From Camelus ferus (Eukaryota), in the NCBI RefSeq assembly GCF_009834535.1, contig NC_045697.1, positions 7,752,001 to 7,816,000 on the forward strand: a DNA stretch of 64,000 bases, in the 5' to 3' direction. Positions 1 to 13,202 of the stretch are shown in pieces. Both the position numbers and the translations under genes were made by a program. The notes under the pieces are model-generated. The model made no database searches. It saw only the letters and a program-made list of their open reading frames with translations, and was not told the origin of the DNA. The first letter of the stretch is position 1, and every line of letters begins with the position of its first letter.

Positions 1-225
1 CACCCTCTGCTTCACGGTGTATCAAAATTCTAGAACCCCAAAGGGAAAGCAGGTATGTAGAATAAATCATAAGACTTATACAAACATTTTAGGCAAGATG
101 AGCTACATTTACCAGTTCTGAGGATGGTAAGAAATCTAAATTCCCAGGTGCCAGTCAACCAACCCTGCAAGGAAGCCTTTCTAAAGACAGGAGCCTTGCA
201 CATGCTGAGTTAACTCTGCTGCATA
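1..225 (-). mobile_element. MER21-like ERVL LTR, partial (runs off left edge)
   Basis: ttcccaggtgccagtcaaccaaccctgcaaggaagcctttctaaagacag...gagttaactctgctgcata resembles the reverse complement of the MER21 5' end (tgtgcagaaaagagttaac...). Confidence 0.7.
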
Positions 226-789
226 GCAATGAAAAATAAAATATTGACACAAGCATATATAACAACAAAGCCACACTGAAGGTAGAAATGTTAGCAACAG
301 GAGTAGTATTATGACCCTTAATATCTATGTTTATACTAAATTATCTCCCCAAACTTATTTTATTGAACTGCCAGGAAGTAACCTCCACTTTGGAGAATTA
401 GGACCCAGGCCAGACATTAGCGCTCTCAGACCTGAGCAGTTTGAAATCCCATAAGAACAGGTTCTCCATGCATCTTGGTGGTTGCAGGAACATCTTTCTT
501 TTCTTTTTTTTTTTTTTTTCTCTTTTTGGCCTCCAGGACTGACAATTTCTGCCTAGGAATCATCAATAGAGCTGGCAAGTGGCACTTTTGATAGGTATTT
601 ACTTTGACAAAGTCACAGTTGAACAGAATAGGGAAGAATAAAAATTATGGACAGGCAAGAATCCTTGGGGATAAACATGAACTAACTCTTGGATACTCTA
701 AGGTCAGATGAGAGACACTAGGAGGACTGGAGTTCCTGCAGAACTGGTGAAACTCATTTCTGTGTATTCCCTTTTCCCTAGCTTTGTGC

Positions 790-900
790 ATAATTCAACA
801 AAGTTATATTGAGCATGTGTGTCAGGGAAACGGATGTTGAAAATAAAACAGTGAATCAGGGAAGCAGAACTCCCTGTCTTCGTGGAGTTTACGTTCTGGT
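790..900 (-). mobile_element. L2 3' fragment
   Basis: attcaacaaagttatattgagca...ccctgtcttcgtggagtttacgttctggt, typical antisense L2 3' end. Confidence 0.6.
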
Positions 901-2239
901 AAATACAGAGCTTAGACTTATCCTGAATTTGCTAAATAGATCTTTTATGCCTTCATTCAAATCGTATTAAATTCTCAAGAGAACAAAGCCAAGGATGATG
1001 TCTGAATTTTTCCCCTAAAACACTCTTGTTTATTTATGATTAAAGGATTGTCAAATCACCTTCAAATAAAATAAAAATAATACCCGGCTTTCACTTCACT
1101 ATGTTAGCTCTGTGATAAAATATTTACTTACTCTATCCAAACAGGGCACTGGAGTTTGGCAAGACTTGCCCTTCAATGGTCCATTCAGTCCTGCAGTGAT
1201 CATTAATTCCACTCAATCGGCATCCATTCAGTTATTGGATATTTCTCAAGTACCTAATTAGAGGCATCGCATATGCTAAGCATTTAAATACAACATCTAT
1301 TTAATTGCCTTCTTTAGATGGTGCAAAAAACCTGTAATATCTAATATGAATTATGTTCTTCCCTTTAACAATTGGGGACAGTTTCTCACCTTTATAGCTC
1401 CTGGCTCTTCTCTCTTCCTTTAGGATTCTCAATGTGCAATGACAGTTGCTCAGATATCACATTGGCAGGTTCCTTCAGCATCCAGAGATGTGATTCCTGA
1501 CAGCTGTATATATTAATGGGTAAGCGCAGATTTCCCGTAACAGTGGCATTCAGAACCATCACGTTCAATGACACTCCCTATCACTGGGTGCCAAAGAATC
1601 CAATCAGCAATATCTCCATGATAGCTTTGATTCATCCCAGAGTGATTTTGAATTACTTATGATGGGTTCTCTTAAATCTCTAATTCACCGTCATGGCCAT
1701 GTAGTTTGTTTTGACATAATATTTGTTGCTGGGGAGGGAGGACCTGGCAAGAAAAGTGTAATTCACACGTGACAAGTTGAAATAGGTTGTCAACAGGTTT
1801 TTACAAAGGTGCTGTCAAGCATAATTGGAAGCAATGTGGAAGAGCTGCTGATTCCTGGGAACTGACATCTGTAAAGAGGCTACTTGTCAATCTCAAGCCA
1901 TGTGTCTCTGCTAGAGAAAGAAAGGACACATTTTCCTATAAGGAAAAAAAAAAGCTTTTAAGGGAGCGGGAGAGGGCCTGGGAAGTCATAGCTATTTTGA
2001 GGTCAATTGTTGTAGGCACACAAAACGAAAAGGTCTCAAGGTCACATTGCATCTTTCCATAGGCACATTGATATTGCCATCACCACCATTTCTGCATGGG
2101 TGAAATGCATTTTTAGCAACTTTCAAATGACTTTCAAATGACATATAACCATGCACACACACACACATAAATTTTTGGTATATAATTTTGGGCTATAATT
2201 GGGAAAACTTTAAACTATACTGAAAATCCCTGGATAGGA

Positions 2240-2350
2240 CAGAAGACCTGAGTGTTTTTACTGCCTTTTCTCCTTGCAATGGGATCTAGGTAAGTCGAGT
2301 CACCTCTTTGTGTCTCAGTTTCTTCACCTGTAAAATGAGGGAATTGGATG
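2240..2350 (+). mobile_element. MIR SINE fragment
   Basis: MIR core cacctctttgtgtctcagtttcttcacctgtaaaatgagg. Confidence 0.75.
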
Positions 2351-2999
2351 CAATACATCGAGTTTCCTCCTATTATTTTTCTACTCCTAATCTTTATTTA
2401 GTAAATGTTTCTAGGCTAGCTATATAGATAAGTATAGAGATACCTGAATTATATAGGATGTCACATAAGATGTACCCATGTTTACAGTCCCTTTTCAAAT
2501 AATACATGATCATGAAAGCTCATATGATTCAGAAAGGAAAGGAAGGACAGAAACAAACACAAGAGAGGAAAGGATGTGACAGGTGAAAACAGAAAGAAAG
2601 AAGAGAAAGTTTGAAAAGTTATTATGAAATGACCTGCCTCTTAGTAGGAACTTCATGAATATTTAATATATATTTGTTGATTTTGGGTGGTCTTGAGGCT
2701 AATAGGAGATGTTATATGTTAGAACAAAACAACATGTTTGAAAGTTCATAAACGTGGGTCGTGAAAAAACAGACTAGAACCTGCTTTAGTGGTGGATTCC
2801 TCATTACTATTGAAAGAATTCTGAGGTCCCTCTTAGTACAAGTAGCAACAATGCCATCAAAACATACGGAATTCTCAGTGGATGACTTTTCACTGATAAT
2901 GGGTAGACAGAGCCCACTTCTTTACCTCAATGTTCAACAAAAAGCAGTCAAAATATAAGCATGCAATGCCATTTTTAGATTTTAATAATAATAATAATA

Positions 3000-5460
3000 T
3001 AGGCACATCTTGTTTCACTTGGCATCATTTTATTGTGCTTCACAAATATTCCATTTTTTTTAGATTGAAAGTTTGCAGCAATCCTACATGGAGCAAGTCG
3101 ACCAGCACCATTTTTCCAACAGCATTTGCTCACTTCATGTCTCTATGTCACAGTTTAATAATTCTAACAATATTTCAAACTTTTTACTGCTGTTGCATTT
3201 GCTATGGTGATCTGCGATTGGTGATCTTTGATATTACAATTGTGATTGTTTGGGGACACCGTGAATCTCACCCCCACAGCAAACTTAATAAATGCATGTT
3301 CTGACTATTCCACCATCCAGACATCCCCCGTCTCTCTCCCTTTGCTCAGGCCTTCCTATTTCCTGAGACAAAAGTGTATTAAAGTTAGGCCAGTAATAAC
3401 CAGACAAAGACAATGAGTAAAAGAAGCATCTGATGCCTCTCACTTAAAATCAAAAGCTAGAAATAGGTAAACTTACCAAGGAAGGCATGCTGAAAGAAAA
3501 TAGAGGCAACAATCTAGGGCTCTCTCACCAAACGTTGATGAGTTGTAATTGCAAAGGAAAAGCTCGTGAAGGAAATTAAAAGTGCTACTGCAGCAAACAC
3601 ACAAATGATTTTTACAAAGCCAGACAGACTTTTTGCTGATACAGAGAAAGCTGGAGTGGTCTGGATAGAAGATCAACCAGTCACAACATTCCCTTAACCC
3701 AAAGCCTAACCTAGTGCAAGGTGCTAACCTCTATTCAATTCCGCGTAGGCTGAGAGGGATAAGGAAGCTGCAGAAGAAAAGTTTGAAGCTACCAGGGGTT
3801 GGGTCATGAGATTTAAGGAAAGAAGCCATCTCCATAACATCAAAGTGCAAGGTGAAGCAGCAAATGCTGATGTAGGAGCCACAGCAAGTGAATCAGATCT
3901 GGATAATTCATGAAAGCAGCTACACTAAACAACAGATTTTCACTGCAGATGAAACAAGTCTTCTACCGCAAGAAGATGCCATCTAGTATTTTCATAGCTA
4001 GAGAGGAGAAGTCAATGTCTGGTTTCAAAGCTTCAAAGAACAGGCTGTCTCTCTTGTTAGGGGCTAATGCAGCTGGTGACTTTAAGTTGAAGCCAATGCT
4101 CATTCACCATTCTGAAAATCCTAGGGCCCTTAAGAATGATGCTAAGTATTCTCTGCCTGTGCTCATAAATGGAATGAGGCACGGATGACAGCTCAACAGT
4201 TCACAACATTGCTTACTGAATATTTTAAGCCCACTGTTGAGATCTAATACTCAAAAAAAAAAGAATCTTTTCAAAAGATGACTGCTCATGGATAAAGTAC
4301 CTGGTCACCCAAGAATTCTAATGGAGATATACAATGAGATTAATATTGTTTTCATGCCTGCTAACATTACATCTATTTTGCATCCCCTGGACAAAGGAGT
4401 AAGTTTGATTTTCAAGGCCATTATTTCAGAGATACGTTTCATAAGACTATAGCTGCTTTAGGTGCTATAGGTTGTTGAAGTTGGGGGTGGCTGTGACAGT
4501 ATCTTAAAATAAGACAACAATGATGTTCACTGTACTGATTGACTCTTTCTTTCATGGATGAGCATAAGGCTGTAGGTGGCTCTGGGCAAAGTAAATTAAA
4601 ACAGTCTGGAAATATTTACCATTCTATTTGCCATTAAGAACATTCGTGATTCAAAGGAAGAAGTCAAAATTCCAACATTAACAGGAGTTCGGAAGAAGTT
4701 AATTCTAATTCTCATGGATGACTTTGAGGAGTTCTAAACTTCAGTGGAGGGAGTTATTACAGATGTGATAGAAATAGCAAGAGAACTAGAATTAGAAGCG
4801 GAGCCTGAAGATATAACTGACTAGCTGCAGATCTCATGATAAAGCTTTAACAGATGAGGAGTTGCTTCTTATGGATGAGCCAAGAAAATGGTTTCTTGAG
4901 ATGGAATCTACTCCTGGTGAAGATGCTGTGAAGATTGTTGAAATAACAACAGAGGATTTAGAATATTACATAAACTTAGTTGACAAAGCAATAGCAAGTT
5001 TTAAGAGGATTGACTCCCATTTTGAAAGAAGTTGTACTGTGGGTAAAATGCTATCAAAGAGCATTGCATGCTACAGAGAACTCATCCATGAAAGAAAGAG
5101 TCAATCAATACAGTGAACATCATTGTTGTCTTATTTTAAGATACTGTCACAGCCACCCCCAACTTCAACAACCCTGATCAGTCAGCAGCCATCAACACTG
5201 AGACAAGTCTCTCCACCAGCAAAAAGATTACTACTCTCTGACAGTTCAGGTAATGTTTAGCATTTTAAGAATTTTTAATTAAGTGTGCACATTGTTTTCT
5301 TAGACATAATGTTACTGCACACTTAATAGACTACAGATAGTGTAAATTTAATTTTATATGCACTGGGAAACCAAAAAAGTCCTGCGACCCACTTTATTGT
5401 GAGATTTGCTTTACTGTAGTGGTCTGAAACTGTACTTGCAATGTCTCCGAGGTTGGCCTG
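3000..5460 (+). mobile_element. Full-length Tigger1 (TcMar/pogo) DNA transposon
   Basis: Starts TA|taggcacatct and ends tctccgaggttggcctg (terminal inverted repeats); about 2.46 kb; internal sequence collinear with Tigger1 throughout. Confidence 0.95.
3410..5260 (+). pseudogene. Decayed Tigger1 pogo-type DDE transposase (frameshifts and stops)
   Basis: ORF pieces 3910-4188 ([45 protein letters not shown]) and 4862-5116 ([20 protein letters not shown]...YYINLVDKA) are Tigger1/TIGD1-like. Confidence 0.9.
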
Positions 5461-7139
5461 CATTACTAAACACCACTCAAGTCCGTGCAGCATTTATCCT
5501 TAGCAGATGTGGCTTTTGATGGACACTCTTTCATGCTGTTAGATCCTTTGGTTAGTTTCAGATTTTCTACCCCTGGTAACTGTTTTCTAGTCATAGACCT
5601 TTATATAATCTTTAATAGTAACATGCTGAAGACTCTTTAAAAAGGGGGTTAATTTGACTCCCTGATTTGTTAATTGTGCCTGGCTCAAGCATCTAAGATG
5701 GCAACGTTTACCATTTGCTCAAACTAGCTACACTGAATGTCGTAAGCCCTAATTCTACATCAGCCATGTCTTGGTTATATATGAGCTTAATAGCAGTCAT
5801 CAGGTGAACATCTGCTCACTCCTCACTGCGGGGAGGAGGATTGGAGAGGAAGGAGGAGTAAAGAGGTAGGGGAAAGGCAATGAGAAGGATAGGCTTAAAA
5901 GTGGAATGTGAACCTCGCTCCATGAAGGGATGTGTGACCAGACTAGTAGTGAGATTAGCAATGGTTACACTTGACACAATGGGATTTTCAGTTCATCACT
6001 CCATTGCTTGGTAGTTAATGTGATTTGATTTTCTCTGTTTTATATATTTTAAAAAATACTCACAAATTACAGTTTCTCAGTTATTGCCCTTTAGTGGACA
6101 TCTATCAGTTTACAGAATGTCCATTTAAAAAAATGGCTATTAGCTTAATCAGCTGCCCGACATGTAATGGGGAACCTGAAAACATTCCTTCCTGTGTGTG
6201 ACTCAGTAGAAAGTGCAAGTTCACATACTCCACCCAGCTTTCTAATCACTTTTCAGAAGGTCTACTTGCCCAAATGCCATATTTTAGAGGCATAGAGTTG
6301 TTGATTTCTAACTTGAGTGCATTCTTCAGGTCTAAACAGTCATATGCTATCCATTCCTTAAAGAAAGAAACATAGATTACCAGGTGTTTGAGGAAAACCA
6401 AGCACAAAAAGCTAGAATCCAAATGAAAAACACATTAACACCCAAAAAAACAGATAGTTAATGGACAAAACCAACACTGAGACATGTACACGTTATTTTT
6501 CTTACAAATGGAACCATGATATGTGGGGTTTGCAACTTTCCTTTGTTTATTTGGTTTTACCTAACACATGAATGAAGAGCTTGACCATGCTGCAGGCTCC
6601 AAGGATTGGCTACTAGTTCTTTGTATTCTGTGGCATAAGGCTATAGATCTTCCATCTTATTCTTGCTCAGCTATTAATTTAAATCCCGTGAGTCTGTGGA
6701 CAGCCTAGAGATTAGTGTGCTTTGAGGTCGGGTGTCCAACTCTGACCCACATAGTGGTCATCTCTTGATTAAGGATTAGAATAGACTGCTTCCATCACTA
6801 GAGGTCTGGATGTAGATCATAAAGACAGAAGGATTTACATTATTGTTTGGAAGATCATATATTATATTTTCTGCTTTAAGACATTTATTTGTTTAAATAA
6901 TTTCTTAAAATTTTGATTTTTAAATTTTTTTCTTACATCTTTGCCCTCTCTCTATCATCATGACGCCCTGATACTAATATTAACAGCGTGTGTGTATCAT
7001 TCTTTGCATTTTCCTATGCTCATATAATCATAGACATACACACACATGCACACTCACTGGGCTTGTTAATAGTTTTGCAAAATTATTTTTTATTACATAT
7101 ACCAAACTGATACTATTAACCGTATATAATGTAAAGGAA

Positions 7140-7425
7140 GTTGCCTTACATAGTTGAAAATATTGTAAATTATGACAGACTTCTGAGAAGGTAATTTGGG
7201 GAAATTTATCAAATATTTGAAAATGCCTGTGTCCACCACTGTAGCAATCCTACCTCTAGGTATGTGTTCTAGAAAAACACATATCCAGGGGCCTACAGAG
7301 GAGAGAGAGAATACGAGCATAACAAATGCAGCATCATTTCAACAGTGAAAATCATTGACATTGTAGAAGCATCTTAAACGTTCTTCAGTGAAAAAACAGC
7401 TAAATAAATTGTGACTCTCCATAAG
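7140..7425 (+). mobile_element. Old L1 (L1ME-like) ORF2-end/3' fragment
   Basis: gaaggtaatttggggaaatttatcaaa...gtagcaatcctacctctaggtatgtgttctagaaaaac, decayed L1 ORF2 C-terminal region. Confidence 0.65.
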
Positions 7426-7437
7426 GTGAGATTCGGC

Positions 7438-7688
7438 CAGAGCCCGGTTCTGCATTAAGCTCAGCAGGCCCAGTGCCCAGGGCCCACACAAATACTTTCC
7501 TTTTAATTTCTTTGAGTATCAGAGAAAATGGATCTAACAATAATTATATAATAATTATTCCATCCTGGATTATATTCATTTTTATACCAGTATAGTCATA
7601 AAAGATCATTTATATCACTTTTTTAATGTAAAAGGGGCCCAGGGAGGCAAACTTTGGTAGAGCCCATGAAAGTCGCACTTCAGCTCTG
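7438..7688 (-). mobile_element. hAT-Tip100 MITE, ORSL-like
   Basis: Termini cagagcc...gctctg, subterminal gggccc motifs at both ends, AT-rich core atcctggattatattcatttttataccag. Confidence 0.7.
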
Positions 7689-8029
7689 CTTTTAAAAGTA
7701 ATGATGAATATTTACATAGGCTGCAATGTTAATATTTTCAAGGTAACTTAATAAATTCAAACAGTAGTATTTTGAACAATGTGAATATTATTCTACAAGA
7801 TATTTTAGAAGACATCATACTTCTATGTGTAAAGTGTATAAATACAAAAGCCACCTGGACGAATGCACATTTAGCTTAAAATAAGAGATGCTTTTGCTAA
7901 CAGGAGTGGCTTGATGATGTGTGTATGAAGGGAACTTTTAATTTTATTTATGTTCTTAGATTTTTCTTTTAATTATTTTATAGCAAGGTTGTGGGTTTGA
8001 GTTACATTATAATAAAAATTCTCTTGAAT

Positions 8030-11000
8030 ATACTGTTCTGGTTACTTTCATGCATAAAAAATTGAATCAGAACCTAGTGGTTTAAAGCAACATTTCTTAT
8101 TATGTTCTCAAATTCTGAAGGTCAGCAAGTTGGACAGAGTACAGCAGAGATAGCTCATCCCGGCTTCATCAAGCTGGGGCCTCAGCTTGAATGGATTAAA
8201 GACTGGCCATCGCATGATGGCTGGGGGCTGGAATTATCTGACATGTCTGGTGCCTGGGCTGGGATGAATAGAGGACTCGGCCTGCTGACTATAGAGCATG
8301 CATGCGATCTCACCATGTCACTTGGCCTGCTCACACAAGGCTACCCCAGGGCAGTTGGACTGTCTAAACAACAGCTGGGGCTTCAAGCATGAGTGTTCCA
8401 ATGGATAAAGCAAAAGCCCCATCCATCACCTTTTAGGATCAAGCCTTGGAAATTGCAATGTCGCTTCTGCCATATTCAAAGCAGTCATAAACTGCTGCCT
8501 CCATCCCCAAATCTGGATGTTCACATGATGAAAGAGTGTGAGCGATGTTGTCATGGCCATCTTTTACAGATACAGCTAACCACAGGCTGCCCTCTGATCA
8601 CAAAAATGTACATCCCTCCAATATACAAGATGCATTCATGCTCTGTGCTAAGACTGCTAAAATTTGGTCCCATTATGATGGCATCAACTCCAAGTCTAGA
8701 ATCCTATCATCAAAGTCAGATCCATATCAAGAGGAAGCCCCCTCCATGTGACAGATCTAGGACACAGTGTCTATTAATGGGAAAAACTGTAAGCTAAACA
8801 GCAAAGGAAGCAATCAACCAAATGAAAAGGTGACCCACAGAATGGGAGAAAATACTCACAAACTGTATTTCTGATGAGGGGTTTATATCCAAGATATATA
8901 AGAAACTTCTACAACTTAATAGCAAAAATACAAATAATTTAATTAAAATGGGCAGAGAACTTCAATAGCATTTCTCCAAAGAAAACATACAAATGGCCAA
9001 TAGGTATATGAAAACATGCTCAGTATCACTAATGTTCAGGGAAATGCAAATCAAAAGCACAATGAGATGTCACTTCATGCCTGTTAGGCTGTCTGTTATC
9101 GAAAGAACAAGACATAACAAGTGCCACTGAGGAGAAAGTGGGATGAACACTATGCTGTGGGTGGGAATGTAAAATAGTGCAGCCACTTTGGGAAACGATA
9201 TGAAGATCCCTTTGAAAATTGAAAATAAAACTACCATATGATCTAGCAATCTCACTTTTAACTATATATTCAAAAGAATTGAAATCAGGATCCAAAAGAA
9301 CTATCTGCAGTCCCAGGTTTATTGAAACATTTTTTATAATAACCAACGTATAGAAAGAATCCAAAAGACCATCAACAGATAAATAAAGACATATATATAC
9401 ATATATATATATATATATCATGGAATATAATTCAGCCTTTAAAAAAGAAGGAAGTTCTACCATTTGCATTTGTGAATTTGAAAACATCATGCTAAGTGAA
9501 GCAAGCCATTCACAGGAGGATAAATACCACATAGCTCCACTAGTGTGAGATATCTAAAATAGTCCGACTTATAGAAGTTTTGATGGCTTCTAGGGACTGG
9601 GGAAAGTGGGGATTGGGGGGTTGCTAATCAATGTGTATAAAATCACAATTGTATGAGATCCCTAAGCTTAGAGATCTGTCCAAAATAGAGCTTGTAGTAA
9701 GATATGCTGTAGTACACGTAAACATTTATTAAAAGGGTAGATCTCACGTTAAGTGTTCTTAACACACACACACAGATCAAAAGAACAGAAGGGAGCTTTG
9801 GGAGGTGATGGATATATTTATTACCTTGATGGTGTTGTGGGTGTATGCATATGTCCAAATTCATCAAATTGTCCTTATTAAATATGAACAGATTTTGCTT
9901 ATCAATTATACTTCAGCAAAGCTGTAAAAAATATATCCATCAAGTTGCTGAAATGCAGAAAAAAAAATTCTATAAACTAAAGAGTGTTGTCTGCCCCCTC
10001 ACCCCCTGCAACACACACACACGTACACAGTCCAGTGGTGGCGCAGGCCGGAGACAACTTGCCAATTCTTGATCAGGGTCAGTGTCACTCCTTGTTAATT
10101 GTTATCCTTGACTCTTAGCTCTGCTATCTGGGGTTTCAGTTCAGATTTCTGAATCAAAGTTCCAATTATTTAAGAAGTGACTCATTTTTTTTAACTAAGT
10201 GGCCCCTTCAGCTTACTTCCTGTATATTAAAAAAAAATGGATGTTTCTCTTTATACGAATTGGCCCTTTCAATCCCTTACTCTTAAAAAAAATGGGCTTC
10301 GATGTGTATCTATTTATAAGTAACTCTATTAAAAAAAGAAAAGAACACATCTACATACCTCCTTGGGATGGACCCTTTTTTCCCTCCGTTTCCTTTTGAG
10401 GCTGCTGGGGAAGATTTAAGATACTTAGAAGCCTTGTGGTGCAAGAGACAGCCTGTGAGGCACACCATTCAGATCCTCAGGGGGCCTGTGCTGATCTGAA
10501 AGGATCTAAGAGGCACCCCACCTTACGTATTTCTGAAGTCTTAAAATCATTTTTTAAAATGACACCTTTGGCTTCATTGTTATCCTGAGAGCAGCCTTCA
10601 TTTTATTTTCGCCCAGAGGCCCTTTTTCACTTGATTTTTTGTTTTGATGTTTTGCTTTGCCTTGTGTTTTTATTTCTTTGGAACCCAGCGAATTCTGGTT
10701 TCTTTATAATTCCTATACATTTTGCTTGAAAATTGAGCAGTTTCTTGTTATTTCTCTTTATCTAAATGTCAGCCAACACAGATCAAACAGATTGAATAAA
10801 TTAGCTGGCTCTTCCCACATTCTTCCTGAACGTTATCTAATCAAACCAGTCTGGATAATTAAGGAATGTTTCTATTCCCACATCACCACAGGAGAAGGTG
10901 TTACCAAACTTTTTTACTACACAGAACTACCTTGTTTCCAGCCTCCTATAATAATTCCCCCAATGAATCCCAGCTTTCTCCAACATTCTTCTCAAGGCAT

Positions 11001-11663
11001 TTCCAGATTCTGCTCACTCTCTGATCCAGAGTCAAAGCCATGGGTTTTAGGTTTCTATTACAGCAGCACATCTCACTTTTAGTACCAAATCCTACTTCAA
11101 TTCTTTGCTTCATAAGTTGACCCAAAACTTAGCAGCTTAAAGCAACCATTTAACTATGTGGATCTGGGGGTCAGAAATTCAGATAGCACACAGGAGGGTG
11201 GTTTGTAGACACTAAAGGGAATGATGTTGAGGCTCACAGAAGACTGAAATGGCTGGAGAGGGTGATGTGAGGTTGAAGGTTTGTTCATTAACATGTCTGG
11301 TGCTTGGCCCCAGAAGATCAAAGACCAACACTGCCGCCCAGAGCACCTACACTTCCCTTCAGTATGGCCCGGGCTCCTAATAGCATGATGCCTCCAGGAA
11401 GGGTGGTCTGCTTCCTCTCCACACACAGTTATTCCAATGCACAAAGCAAAGCTGCATCACCTTTCATGGTCCAGCCTCAGAAGTCACTTACACATCATCA
11501 TTTCTGGCATCCTCTGTCTATTGATGCTGGTAAGCTCACCCTGATTTAATGGAAGGAGCAAAGACCCCATCCTTGGATCAAAGGAATGGCAAAGGCGCAT
11601 CACAGAAAGAGCATTCCAGATGGGAAGTATTGTGACAATCTTTGGGAAGAACACCCTGCCACA
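8030..11663 (-). mobile_element. MaLR provirus (MLT1G/H-like): 3' LTR about 8030-8584, internal region, 5' LTR about 11091-11663; interrupted by an L1
   Basis: Two same-orientation LTRs ending ...taaccaca and ...ctgccaca; internal junction motifs ggctgccctctgatcac (8585) and ggttttaggtttctattacagcagcac...agtaccaaatc (about 11043-11091). Confidence 0.75.
8798..9967 (+). mobile_element. 5'-truncated L1 (L1MA/L1MB-type) ORF2 end plus 3' UTR
   Basis: acagcaaaggaagcaatcaac...gaatgggagaaaata...ggaaatgcaaatcaaaagcacaatgaga; A-tail; degenerate TSD ctgtaagctaaa (8787) / ctataaactaaa (9970). Confidence 0.9.
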
Positions 11664-11939
11664 CATGCCACAGCAAAGTATAAATACTAACCTACAAAAA
11701 ACTAAAACTTCCAGAAGATCCATAAAAGTCCATGTGGAAGTTAAGTTTTTATTTATTCTTAAAAATCACCAATTAGATCCAAGCACAACTGAAACTCCCA
11801 TTAGCTTCTGTGTGTAGAGTTGAATGGGTTATAATGTAGTGGCTCATAGAATGGATCATGTATAAAAAAGTGTTCTGTGGACTTGGCCACCTCCTGCTCA
11901 TATTCATCAATTCAGCTCTAGTATCGCCTTGAGGAAACT

Positions 11940-12175
11940 TTTGCTGCCTCTTTCTGCACTCACTGCTCACCCCGGCAGGGTTTTGCGTCCCTTCCTTTTG
12001 TTCCGAGAGCACACCACGTGGGTATACATTGTAACACGCATCACTGGGGATTCGTGATCACAAATCTCCCTGTCCTTCTCCTTCACCCTGTTGTCAACCT
12101 CCTGGTGCCTGAGGACTGGACTGTGCCTATTTCTCATTGAATTCCCAGGGTTTATCAAGTGCTTAGAAGACAACA
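11940..12175 (+). mobile_element. L2 3' fragment
   Basis: gtcaacctcctgg...gaggactggactgtgcctatttctcattgaattcccaggg. Confidence 0.5.
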
Positions 12176-12199
12176 CAGTGGGCCATTCTCCTCCTCAAG

Positions 12200-12420
12200 G
12201 ATGATAATAACAACAGTGAACTTTTACATTTACACATTCTTGGAGTTAACATGCATGTTATCTGACTTGAAACTCACATGTCAGGATTGATATTCTCCTT
12301 TTCACAGATGAGTAAACTAAATTCTGGATAGGTTTTGTTAACTTGTCCTTTATCACTAGACACAATGACAGCTGAGGAGGGACTGCAATGCAGGATTTCT
12401 CAATTCTAGCTCAGTCATCA
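12200..12420 (-). mobile_element. MIR SINE
   Basis: attctccttttcacagatgagtaaactaa...taacttgtcc. Confidence 0.65.
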
Positions 12421-13202
12421 TCCTGTTTCTCCTTTCTGCCACTATGAATGATTTAGAAATGATGACTTGTCATGAAGCTACTAAACAGACTCCTGATACA
12501 ATTCTGATCACACTATATTGTGATTTAGACAAAGCAATATTGATATACTTACCTTGAAGAAACTCTATATAGAATGTCAAGGTAAATAAATATAAAATTT
12601 AATTCCCTCCAATTTACAGTAGCTGGATCCCATAAGAAAATAAGATACTGTCTTAAGATTCCATAAAAATTGGAGTTGCATTCAGCAGACTTCAATCTTA
12701 TAAAACTGAAAATGTAATTATTTAAGTGTACATTCCAAACAAGATATATTTATTCTTATACCACTCTTTAAATATCCTAATGTTTCATATTAAATTGTAC
12801 ATAAAGAAGATACTCACTGATATATAAATTATCCAAATTCTTTATTCAAATATACGTCCACTTATTTCTAAGTTCAGTTGCTTATGTAATTTCTTGAGGA
12901 AGGAAATGAATGTTTTTAGTATCATTGGTACTTTCTCAGCATTTCACTATTAATATGAATACTTAGAAATTAGAAGAACAGCATTATGGATTTAAGTCTT
13001 ATTTTCCTTCACATTTCTAGGTCTGTCCTTCCTAAATTTTAATCATTGACACAAAGGGCACCTTGGAGAGGAGCATACTGATTTTCCTGATGCAATCTCT
13101 CTCTCTTTTTTCATCTGTTTCACTACGATAGCTTCCTGACCTTTGAGAACTTCCATTTTCTCTTCTGGAAAACAGGCTAAGACCTACCATTTACATTTTG
13201 CA

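Noticed and set aside
3410..5260. Possible domesticated TIGD1-like gene
   Set aside because: Multiple frameshifts and stops plus the inverted insertion break the transposase
9029..9532. 167-aa minus-strand ORF
   Set aside because: Antisense reading of an L1 ORF2/3' UTR
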